Source of the DNA: Octopus sinensis
Lineage: Eukaryota
NCBI RefSeq assembly: GCF_006345805.1
Contig: NC_042997.1
Location: 56,048,001-56,112,000, forward strand
Direction of reading: 5' to 3'
Length of the DNA stretch: 64,000 nt
Within the stretch, counting starts at the first letter, position 1; every line of letters begins with the position of its first letter. The notes below the pieces were generated by a model. That model made no database searches and was not told the DNA's origin. It worked only from the letters and a program-made list of their open reading frames with translations. Shown in pieces: positions 1 to 10,769 of the stretch. The position numbers and the translations under genes are program-made.

Positions 1-480
1 TTGTATTGGCCAGGCTATTTAATCACTTAGCCACTCCAATTTCTCTCAGCCTCCTCATCCACTCAACTTTTCCTTACCCCAGTCAGTCTCTTCCCAACCA
101 CACTGAAAAACTCTCTGACAGCAGTTTTCGCATTTTAACATATAAGTGAAGTGTCATTGCAGTTCTGTTTGATATCATTGTAACATGCTACAGTAGAACT
201 AAAGTTATTATTTGCTTTGTCCATTTACACATGAGAGACATTTGTTCCCAACTTGCTCCAGGCTAAGGTTCATCAGAGAGAAATATTTGCTTTAATATTT
301 AGCATCATCAACACAACTGACTGCCTCAGAGCAATGCTATTATAAAAGCATAGCATTTAGGGCATGTGACAGTCATTGTATTAAAGCAGAGATTTCTTGG
401 TGAATTGAGTTTGTATTTCAGATTCTGTTACTTCTGTTGAACCATTTCAGTTTCAGTGCTAGCACCTTTGTAAAATGGAA
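1..480 (-). mobile_element. Highly degenerate LINE reverse-transcriptase remnant (RTE-like)
   Basis: Stop-interrupted minus frame (KQIITLVLL*HVTM...LSESFSVWLG) loosely resembles RTE RT motifs. Confidence 0.25.
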
Positions 481-845
481 CAACATTACACCTTTGCTAC
501 CACCTCTCTCCTATAAATACATAAAAGAAAATCAATAGTTTGTGCTTGTTTGAAATAGCAAACCTTATCTGTATGTCTAAGAACTAGTGTTTCTGAAGTA
601 TACTAGAGTGTTATCCATCATATGACAGTGTTGATAATATACTTTTCCCATTCAAGGTAAAATAAGGTTATGTACAATAATTATGTGTAATAATTATAAT
701 TTTACTTTATTCAAAGTTCGGGGTGCTTAACAAAATAATTAAATGACTTGTAATGGTTAAAGTAAAAATGTTTATTAAATTAGGATAAACTTTAATTCAA
801 CAAATTTCTCATATATTTTATACACACACACAGAAATAGAATGAG

Positions 846-1125
846 ACTGGCATAGCTGTGTAGTTGAGATCACTTCCTAAACACATGGTTTTGGGTTCAA
901 TCACACTGCGTCACAACTTAAGCAATTGTCTTCAACTATAACTTCAAGCCAACCATAGTTTTGTGTATAGATTTCATAGGCAGAAACTGAAAGCTGACCA
1001 CTGTGTGCATGGGTGTGTGTGTATGTATGTTTCCTTATCTTGACATTTCACGATAGTTGTAAACAAGTGTCACAACCATACAAGTGATGTTTTTTATTTG
1101 CAAACTTCCATGAAAATATGTTCAG
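846..1125 (+). mobile_element. SINE family A, variant with alternative tail, degenerate
   Basis: Head gctgtgtagttgag...ggttcaatcacactg, gaaactgaaag core, central (TG)n; tail shared with 21700-22120. Confidence 0.55.
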
Positions 1126-2680
1126 CCATTGCCTTTCATCCTTTCAGGGTCGATAAAAAAAAAAGTACCAGTTGAGTACTGGAGTTGATGTAATCGACTT
1201 AACCCTTTCCTTCTATAGTAGAAAGAATTATTTTACTGTCCACATCCCCTTGGAATCCTAATATATACTAAAATGATATATTCCTCTATATATTCCAAAC
1301 ATTGTCATTTTCTCTGTTTCGACATTTTGTTCCTTATTGTCAGAAAACTTTCATCTTCATTCATGCCCCTAGTCATATGCTATTATCTTAGAAGGCTTAG
1401 CTGTCATTTATATAAATGTCTCTATTACTTACACTATGCATAGCTATTATAGATTGTTATAGGTGCTTGCTATTAGAAATAATTTTTCAGTTCCCATATC
1501 TTCCAGCTACTATAATATGCTAGTTTCCTATCTTTTGCTGTAAAGGTTGAAATATAATCTACTATTTTCTGGTGAAAGACATATTTCTTACCAAAAATAT
1601 TTTTATTATGTCCAGTTTCACACATACATTAAAACTTTAACAGTATGCAAGAAATTCATTCTTGCCTAATCTCCAGTATACATTTTCTAAACAGTTTATA
1701 AATTTCATCAATCAGGTTCCTCTAATTTGCTAATTCAATTTTATCATAGCGCTATTGCAACCAAAACTTTACATTATTTTTACATATACACACACACACA
1801 CACACACACATACGAATGGCAAGTAGTTTGATGTGAAACCATGAGCTGAAACTGAAGAAATTATAGAGTAAAAGAGCTATTTCTGCCAGTTAAAGATGCA
1901 TAGGATTTGTTATTCACTTTACATTTCTTTGTTGAGGTGTCAAAAATTTTCATCACATTTCTGTAACTTAGTCACTATAATGTAATTGTGTCACTTACCC
2001 AGTCACAGAGATGCAACAAATATTTTGACCACTCAAAAAAAAATAAATAAATGGAAAGTTTTTGTGTGTTTTTAAATTACTAAAATAGTTCTTCTACTAT
2101 GTAATTACTATCAAGGCTTTAGATCTGCTTTAAGTTAGATTTGCATTAAGTTAGTTTTTTTTAGATGTTTTACAGCCAAATGCTCTTCCTGTTGCCAACC
2201 TGTTTAGTCTTCTCTTAGAGGATGTAGGGGTATAGATGTGCTTATTCTAAAACCATATTAAACAAGGATATGTGTATGTTCTCTTCTAGTTTTAATTACT
2301 TGAAATCTCCTTGTAAGGAGGGAGTAGGTTTCTAAAAAGATACAAAACTCCATCATCAGAATATAGATAACAGAAGCAAATTCATATTTTAAACTTGAGA
2401 AAATCTTACATATTTTTACAGTTCCACATACAAATTATATTTGTAATGTGCAAATTAACTGGTTGATTTCTTTTTCTAAAAATACCAGCTTATTCAGATT
2501 CTCACTTGGCATTTACTCACAAAAACAAGTGAACCTGTTATTATTTGAATAAATGTGAATTGAAAATCTTGATATAGAAACTGGAGGTTTCAAAGCAGTT
2601 GTCCATAGTTAACCTTTGTCTCCTTGATTTTTGAAGAGATAGTCCAAATAAAATAAGAGTATTTATGTCTTCTTAGATAG

Positions 2681-2764
2681 CTTCTTGGTACTGTAGTATT
2701 GTTTGTGTTGATGTTGATGTTGTTATTAATGTCAGCCATCATCATACTTGTGGAATTCCACATG
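2681..2764 (+). CDS. Candidate internal exon encoding a hydrophobic, TM-like segment (LLGTVVLFVLMLMLLLMSAIIILVEFHM)
   Basis: tcttagatag acceptor, 84 nt open phase 0-0, ATG|gtgaga donor, 76-nt intron to a strong acceptor at 2840; partly GTT/GAT low complexity. Confidence 0.35.
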
Positions 2765-2840
2765 GTGAGATGTATATATTTTTTAATCCGATTTGAATAA
2801 CATTATGTTGGTAAGTAAATGGTGTTTCTCTTATCTATAG

Positions 2841-2993
2841 CTGAAGATATAGACTAGTTGCTAGTTTAGTTGCTGGAAAAGTCAGTATAATTGTAAAAGA
2901 AAATGCTGAAAATGGCATTAACTATTGATGAGGCTCTTGTAAGGTGGAGAATTTTAACAAAAGAAAGCAGAAGGCAAACATTGATACCACAAG
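2841..2993 (+). CDS. Candidate exon: terminal (LKI*, stop 2850-2852) and/or carrying ATG 2903 ORF MLKMALTIDEALVRWRILTKESRRQTLIPQ
   Basis: gtttctcttatctatag acceptor; AAG|gtatct donor at 2994; all three frames stop early in the exon. Confidence 0.3.
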
Positions 2994-3184
2994 GTATCTC
3001 TTACTGTGCCACCTAACCTTGGAAGTGGTACTTTATTTAATGAGTAAGAATGGATGAGAGACAAAGCTGATCTTGGAATAATTTGAATGCAGAAAGCACA
3101 CAGAGCTGGGGCAAATGCCACTACACTCTAACACCTTTGACAATATGCTATTCACTAGCTGAATATAATGATAATAATAAATGT

Positions 3185-3428
3185 GTCCTTTAAAGCCTAG
3201 CCAGGCTCATGGGCCCAGTTTCCCAGTTTCAATGGCATATGTGTTCCCCAGCTGGACAGGACACCAGTCCATCACAGCGTTACTCATTTTTGCCAGCTGA
3301 GTGGACTGGAGCAACGTGAAATGAAGTGTTTTGCTCAAGAACACAACGCATCACCCGGTCCAGGAATCGAGACCACAATCTTACGATCATGATACTGACA
3401 CCCTATTCACTAAGCCATGCACCTCCAC
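3185..3428 (-). mobile_element. tRNA-derived SINE (family E), near complete
   Basis: Reverse complement starts gtggaggtgcatggcttagtg (A-box-like) ... gtctcgattcc (B-box-like), then gtgttcttgagcaaaacactt core. Confidence 0.75.
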
Positions 3429-5289
3429 TAGCTGAATAATTATTTGCAAATTAACTAGTATGAAACCAGTGGCCCTAGATTTTTAACTTGAATTCCAATA
3501 AAAAACACTGGCTGTATAACATATAAAACTGAGTAAAAATCCAAATGTCAGCAATAACGGCTTCACTTATCACATTGCACCTGCCTACAATAAAATAAAT
3601 AACCATATGTCCCTCTTTTCTACAGGGCAGGATTACTGTAAGGCCACTTGTGTGTGTATAAACACATAGCTGATATGGCAAGTACAGGTATAAATACACA
3701 CACACACACAAGTGGTTATACAGTAGTCCTGCCAAGTAGAAAGCAAGGACGTACTGTTGCTTCTATATTGTAGACATATGTAATGTGATAAGTGTAGACA
3801 TTATTGCTGAAATTTTGATTTTGACTTAGTTTTTAAATGTCATCTGTCAAGTGTTTATTTTTGTTTATGACTTGTGAATGTAGCCTGTGTTTATTTTGGC
3901 ATTAAGTATCACTTCCATCATTGATTGTCTATTTTTGCATGGAGGCCTGTAAAGTGTAGATGTAGTGTCCACTGATGTTTTCCTGTCTAGTTTTGCTTTT
4001 TGTTGTGTGCTGTAATGCATTGCAATCACCCGTTGCTGTAAGTACATCAAGAGCCAGCAGGAGAGTATCATATTCGTACGGCTGATATAACAGTTGCCAT
4101 GAAGTTTACACTTTTTACATTTGCAACTGAATTTTGAAATCACATTCATCATTTATAGCTTGTGGTTTGTTACTGATGTGGGGTTTTTTAAAAATATATT
4201 TTAGCATTTCTTGCAGTATATTATTAATATTAATTTATTGTCTGGTATATTGCATATACATATGTACACATATTTTATCAATATCTTGTAAAATGATACA
4301 AACATTTCGTAATTTTTTTACTTCTTATAAAATTTGAAACTTAAAACTTGGGGCCCACCTGTAATATAGCTACCAATATATTTTGCTTTTGAGAATATTA
4401 AATACTTTCTATGTAACAAATCATCTAAATAATTATCTTTTCCTACTCTTGATTCCTTACAATTCTTATTCCCTTGTCTAAAAATTTAATTATGATTTTA
4501 CCATTCCTAACAATATATTAACTGCTTTGATTTTTATCTAAAATTGTAAGTGATTTCTATTGGATGAGCCAAAAGCTGTAGCTTAATTAACTCCCATAAA
4601 TCTTTACTAAAACAAAGAATTTTTAGGGGGTAAATTGCAGATTGCTTATCTTTGTCTACCATGCATATTTTTTACAGCATTTATTTCAAGATATACATCA
4701 AACATTCTCTTAAGGCATTTCTTATTTTCAATTCTCTTGGTGTGTTCACAGTATGTTACACACAATAATCTATGAATTTTTGAAAAACTAAGACTGGTAT
4801 TTTATATAAGACTTAGCCTTTTGTCCTTTAATAATTTGTCAATAGATGGTGGCCAAGTTGGCTACAATCCATTATAATGACCTCAGTACATGACTAGTAT
4901 TTCATTTCATTGATCTCTGAAAGATGAAAAGGAAAGTCATTTTAGTATAAACAATAAGTTGTTCCTTTCATATGAGTGGAATAGACTATATATCTTAAAC
5001 TTCATTAAGATATATTTTGTACAGATTAAAAATATACAATTAACATTTCTTAAGTTCTCAAAGTTACCTTGAGTTTTGTGCTGTGAAAATGGAATACTTT
5101 CATAAGTAGATAAGTAATGGAGCACCTGACTACTTACTAAATCAGTTCTTTTACTGCTACAGGTATTCTATTGTGCTAGGTTCATGCTACTTTCATGAAA
5201 TGATAAAATCACAAACATATATATTTCTCTCTCTCTTCTTATATATATATATATAGGGAGTAGAGAGAGAGCAAGGGAGGGCATGTAGA

Positions 5290-5400
5290 ACTCTGAGTGA
5301 CAGTTTTTTTGTGATGTTTTTGCAGCTTTAATAAATAAAAAAATGCATATTATTCTACCTCCAGTATTCAAGTACTATTTTTTCCATTTATGTGCTTACT
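5290..5400 (+). mobile_element. Fragment of hammerhead foldback family 2 (one arm plus tail)
   Basis: gaactctgagtgacagttttttgtgatgtttttgcagc...aagtactattttttcc...gtgcttact matches 7640-7763 and 53115-53232; abuts (TG)n. Confidence 0.75.
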
Positions 5401-5434
5401 TGTGTGTGTGTGTATGTGTGTATATTTATGTATG

Positions 5435-5710
5435 AATTGACCCTAGTACTTAATTTTCTAAAGCCTACTTATTCTAGCAGTATGTTTTGCCAAACTGCTA
5501 TGTTACAGGGGACATAAATGTACCAACACCGCTTGTCAAGCAGTTTGTTGGAGACAAGCATGGACATATACGCACACATACATAACAGGCTTCTTTCATT
5601 GTCCATATGTCAAATCCACTCACAAGGCTTTGGTCAGTCTGAGGCTATAGTAGATGACACTTATCCATGTGCCATGTGGTTAGGCAGCAAACTTCTAAAC
5701 CATACAGCTT
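5435..5710 (-). mobile_element. SINE family A, degenerate
   Basis: aatccactcacaaggctttggtc...ctatagtag core shared with many copies. Confidence 0.75.
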
Positions 5711-5734
5711 GTGTGTGTGTGTGTGCATGTGTGT

Positions 5735-6110
5735 AACCACCTGACAACCAGTGTTGGTTTGTTTACATCCGTGGTTTGGTAAAAGGACCAATCAAATAAG
5801 TACCAGGATTAAGAAAAATATGTACTGGGGTCAATTTGTTTGGCTGAACCCCTCAACCCCAGCATGGCCACAGTCCAATGACTGAAGAAAGCAAAAGATA
5901 TATATACATACTTTTACTCTTTTATTCTTTTATTTGTTTTAGTCATCAGACTATGGCCATGCTAGGGTACCACCGCAACCCCTGTACACTTTATTTTTAT
6001 TTTCAAAGCTGGTACTTATTTTATCATTCTCTTTTGCTTAACTGCTAAGTGTATGGGAACATAAACACACCAAGACTGGTTGTCAACCAGTGGTTGAGAC
6101 AAAGACACAC
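5735..6110. mobile_element. Two SINE family A 3' tails in inverted, tail-to-tail orientation
   Basis: + tail 5735-5900 (cagcatggccacagtccaatgactga) facing - tail 5910-6110 (tagtcatcagactatggccatgctag). Confidence 0.65.
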
Positions 6111-6188
6111 ATACACACACACACACACACATACACACACACACACATATATATATATACATACATACATATATACACACACACACAT

Positions 6189-6241
<53 letters not shown>

Positions 6242-6248
6242 CATACAC
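6110..6248. repeat. Compound (CA)n/(TA)n microsatellite
   Basis: Direct reading. Confidence 0.95.
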
Positions 6249-6287
6249 ATCTGTAAATATAATATGTGACAATTATTCGGTAACCAC

Positions 6288-6348
6288 AGTAAAACTCTGA
6301 GTTTCAGATGTCGGGGCAGAAACGAACGCCGGCATCTCTTCAGTTTTT
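6288..6348 (-). ncRNA. Type I hammerhead ribozyme motif, left arm
   Basis: Minus strand: aaaa-CTGAAGA-GATG..22 nt..CATC-T-GAAA-CTC-A-GAG-TT-ttac; stem I only partial. Confidence 0.6.
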
Positions 6349-7153
6349 GGGCCATTGAAAAAAATGCTATGAAAATGACCATTGAAACAAAGGGAAATTA
6401 CTGTGTGATTGATTGTTATTAAGACAAAAGAGCTAATAGAATGACCGCTAAGTAAGGGGAGGGAGTAAAAATGTTTATAGTAATCACGCACATGTCCATA
6501 TATACACATGCACGCCCACACCCACGTACATGCACCTATATGTATATATTCATCCACCCTCACTTGAAACACACACATGCTCACCCACGCATTCACCAAA
6601 AAATATATACATACACACTCGCCCACACACCCATGCGCACAAAAAAGGTCCATACACAAGTCTATATACACACATGCACAAGAAAAAAACTGGGCTTAGG
6701 GCAGCAATACAGAAAAATGTGTAAAAAAATTAGCAATAAGAGTAAACAAATCTATATACTCACATGCACGCACACACACGTCTAATATATGCACATACCC
6801 ACACACTTCTATATACGCACACACACACATGTGCACAAAAAAATTCATACAGACATGTATATGAATTTTTTTTGTGTGCATATATAGATGTGTGTGTGTG
6901 GGTATATGCATATATTAGACGTGTGTTTGCATGCATGCGAGTATGTGCGAATATAGGCGTGTTTTACTCTTATTGCTCATTTTTTAAACTTTTATTTTTA
7001 CACATATTTCTGTATTTTGCCTTTAGCCCTGTTTTTTTTTGTGCCTGTGCATATATGGACGTGTGTATGAACCTTTTATGTCCACCACGTGGGTGTGTGT
7101 GTGTGTGTGTGTGAGCATGTATGTATATATTTTTTAGCGAATGGTTTTTCGGT

Positions 7154-7214
7154 GGCAACTGAAGAGATGCTGGCATGGGTTTCCGCCCTGACATCCGAAA
7201 CTCGGTGTTTTATC
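7154..7214 (+). ncRNA. Type I hammerhead ribozyme motif, right arm
   Basis: ggcaa-CTGAAGA-GATG..22 nt..CATC-C-GAAA-CTCGGTG-TT-ttatc; stem I ggcaa/ttatc with one mismatch. Confidence 0.6.
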
Positions 7215-7357
7215 ATGGCAACCAAATAATTGTCACATATTATATTTATTTACAGATAAATTCCTCTATTTACAAAATATCGAGGTCTCTTTCATTCTTT
7301 TGTTGTTTTGCCATTTCTATCAATATATATATATATATATACACACACAAACACACA

Positions 7358-7490
7358 CACACGACAGGCTTCTTTCAGTTTCCATCTGCCTAATCCACTC
7401 ACAAGGCTTTGTTTGGCCAAGGCTGTAGTAGAAGACTCTTACTGAAAATGCCATGCAGTGGGACTGAACCAGGAACCATGTGGTTGGGAA
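7358..7490 (-). mobile_element. SINE family A fragment, cut off at the family 2 foldback
   Basis: ggcttctttcagtttcc...gggactgaaccaggaaccatgtggttgg ends abruptly at 7490. Confidence 0.8.
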
Positions 7491-7765
7491 GCTGCAAAAA
7501 CATCACAAAAACTGTTACTCAGAGTTTCACGTTCCCATTCAGCCAACAGTTTTGGTTGAGAATCTTAAACTATTACTCTCAGAGTTTCATGTTCCCAGTT
7601 TTAGTTGAGAATTTCAACCGAAAATGTCCAACGAATTGGAACGTGAAACTCTGAATAACAAGTTTTTGTGATGTTTTTGCAACTTTATTAATAAAGCACA
7701 TTACTCTACCTCTGGTATTCAAGTACTATTTTTTTCCACCTTGTTTCACATTTATGTGCTTACTC
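7491..7765. mobile_element. Hammerhead foldback family 2 element
   Basis: Inverted repeat 7491-7536 / 7638-7683, internal partial arm duplication 7571-7597, tail ending gtgcttactctggta followed by (TA)n. Confidence 0.85.
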
Positions 7766-7768
7766 TGG

Positions 7769-7807
<39 letters not shown>

Positions 7808-8032
7808 GCATGCATATGTCCACTCATAAATGTGTGTAATGAATCTCTAGAATTGTTACCTGCATATGAAATACAGCTATAATGAAATTTTTGTGGTGGG
7901 TTAAGACCTGAAAATGCTAAATTCCATATATGAATGCCTACAACAGTATTTACTTGTTATCAGCCTGTTAGTGATAGATAATACTGATTGCTTGGCATCA
8001 GCAATAATGGTTGCAGGTGGTAAGAAAGATTA

Positions 8033-8140
8033 TCAGACAAGTTTTACATTGTAACGACTGTCAGAAACATTTTCTAAAAGACCCTGGTTACCTGTAAGTG
8101 AAAGGAATTGATTAACTCCATTTTCTACTTCTGGTAACAA
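8033..8140 (-). CDS. Candidate terminal exon LLPEVENGVNQFLSLTGNQGLLENVSDSRYNVKLV*
   Basis: Strong acceptor ctctactctctttttcag, 35 open codons to TGA; alternative internal donor CAG|gtaacc at 8091. Confidence 0.4.
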   Translation of the reverse strand: MLPEVENGVNQFLSLTGNQGLLENVSDSRYNVKLV

Positions 8141-10131
8141 CTGAAAAAGAGAGTAGAGTTTGATGTAACTATGCAATAGTGAAAGATAATCATTGTGGTT
8201 ATTATGACCTGGGTCACTGAAGAATTTTTGACCTCTGAAGAGGAGCAGAACTTCTATGGTAATGGTAATAATCAGTATATACATAACAGACATGTATACA
8301 TACATACATGCATACATATCTATGTATGTGTATATGTGTATATATATATATGTGTGTGTGTGTGTGTATGTATATATATGTATGTATATGTATATATATA
8401 TACATATATATACATATATGCAGAAATCCAAACATATATATGTAGTGGCAAGATACTCTGTGAATACATTTGTATCTTCATCGTTTTGCATCTGCTTTTT
8501 TCCATGCAGGCATGGGTTGAAGAAGTCTTATGACATCTCATGTATTTAAGATTTAAATGTGTGTATAACACACACACATACATGCACACACATATACACG
8601 CATACATAACTCATGCTTTTGTTGTATAGATTGTTTTTATGATAGTAAATATAGAATATCTCTCTCTTTCTTTCCTTCTCTCTTTCACTTATATCCATGT
8701 ATATATATGGTGGTGGGGAGGTGTATACATCAGTCTGCATCTGTGTTGATAAATGGCAGAATGAATGAGAGAATAAAATTTTTATACAAAGTGGGAAAAC
8801 ACAATTGGTTAAATGTAAACCAGGACCAGAATATAGGATGACATTTCTGATTGAGGAACATTGATTGGTACCTCATCAGCTCCCTGTTGATCCAGTGCCA
8901 GGGAAGGAAAAAAAGCAAGGTAGTGTGTGTGTATGTATGTGTGTTTGTGTATATCTGTACACACAAACACACATGTGCTCATATACATAAATATTTATGT
9001 ACACATATCAATATATCCATGTATGTATGTTTGTATATATACGTGTGTGTATGTTTATATAGTTATGTGCATAGATATATATGTGTTCATCACCATTTAA
9101 CATCCATGTTCAATGCTGGCATGGGTTGTCTGTGTATATGTGTATTATTTTATGTATGTTTATATGTGTATGCTAGCATGGAAGGCGGATTAAACAACGG
9201 TGATGATGATGATATTACTGAGAGAGAAAGGAAACAATATGTAAATGTGCGTGTATGTATAAAGACATATTAGAGAATAGAAGTTTTTGTGTAGGTGACT
9301 TTATGTAACTATCTTCTGTGCAATTATATTCGTTTGTGTTAGAGTTTATATTGTGCTTGCTCATGTGTGTTTGTTGTCTGGTGTAAGTATATGAAAATAT
9401 TGCACAGACATTTGCTCTAATAAACAACCAAATATTACTCATATCTGATTCTCTGTTCAGAGTTGCAAAGATGTATTACAAAGAAATAAACATTCATATT
9501 TATACACACACACACACACACATATTCACAGTCATTTCTGAAACCAAAGCATAAATTGCTACACATTTTTCCTTCTGCTTTTTATTCCTCTGTGTGTGTG
9601 CATGCTGTCTGATGACTGATCAATACTGGACTCCTGGAGAAAAGATCCAGGTATTGATGAAAATCTCCTGTTGCTTTTGTCTGCCTGTTAGCTAAGACTA
9701 GTGAGGAATGCTCTCTCCGGACCACTATCAGAGCTTCCTCCTAGTTGCTGCAGAACACTCTCATTCCCTTCCCAGCCAAGCTTCCACATCCTATTTTATT
9801 TTTACTTTTTTTATAATTTTTGTTTCTGTTACTCTCCTCTGCTTGTCACTCCTTACTCTTTCTTCCTCTCTTTCTCTCTCGCTCTCATTTTCTCAGTACC
9901 CTCTTCTTTTTCTCTCTCGTTCTAAAATGACAAGCCATCATTTCAAGCTATGGCTAGGGATCAATGCAACAGGGCTTGATATGAAAGGGCACATGTAGCT
10001 ACTTCCCACACATGCCCTTGGGTAATAAATATGATTGGAAAAAAGTCACTTTTTTTCCTCCACATTTATTCATTTTATTTTTCGTGTCATTTCTCCTGTT
10101 TTTCTTTATTTTTGTTTATCTTACACTTTAC

Positions 10132-10217
10132 CTGGTTTTTTTTCCTCCCGTTTTTTCTCTTTTTTTTGTTTGCTTTTGCTGGGCAGGCATTTTGGCAGTG
10201 AATTTTCAATGCTTCAG
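10132..10217 (-). CDS. Candidate internal exon EALKIHCQNACPAKANKKKRKNGRKKNQ
   Basis: tatgttag acceptor, CAG|gtaaag donor, phase-0 end compatible with the 8140 exon; the Lys-rich part is low complexity. Confidence 0.35.
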
Positions 10218-10769
10218 CTAACATACACACACAGATATATACAAATGTACATACTAACTAGAACAACATATACAATTAGATATAGTTGTTTAAAAATAAA
10301 TAACTAAAACAAGATTGTATATAGGAATATATTGCTATTTTTGTATATTTTATTTTATTAGCATAATCTCTTGATACCTGTGCTGAAATATGTGTTTTAT
10401 ATATATATATATTTGTGTGTGTGCATGCCTGTGTATGTATGTATAATTTATCTATAAATTTTCTTTTTTGCGTTTTTTTTTTTTTGAGATACAGTCATAA
10501 ATATAACCTTAACAAGAGCAGCAACACGAAATCCAGAAATCAGAAAATACTCATTCGTTTGGTGATGCTATAAATTAGTTTGAAACATGTATTTGCTAAA
10601 TATGTGCACTTATGCAGCTTTAGTGGCTTACAAGTAGTTATTACCAATATGTACATCTTTACAATGGGACATAATCAGATGGTGGCTGTGTTTTTACAAG
10701 GCTGTCTATGTAATACTGCAGTAAATGACAAGGTATATCAAAATAACTAATTGAATCCTTCATCATCAC

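Larger units (their letters stand above)
6249..7323. mobile_element. About 1.07-kb foldback element (family 1) with inverted outer arms and an inner palindrome of about 500 bp
   Basis: 6249-6350 is the reverse complement of 7155-7257; 6610-6855 mirrors 6860-7110 around aaaaaattcata...tatgaatttttt; extra right-hand tail runs to (TA)n at 7324. Confidence 0.85.

Noticed and set aside
3865-4152. 95-aa Cys-containing minus ORF and overlapping PYEYDTLLLALDVLTATG frame
   Set aside because: No recognisable homology and no consistent phase link to the other exon candidates.
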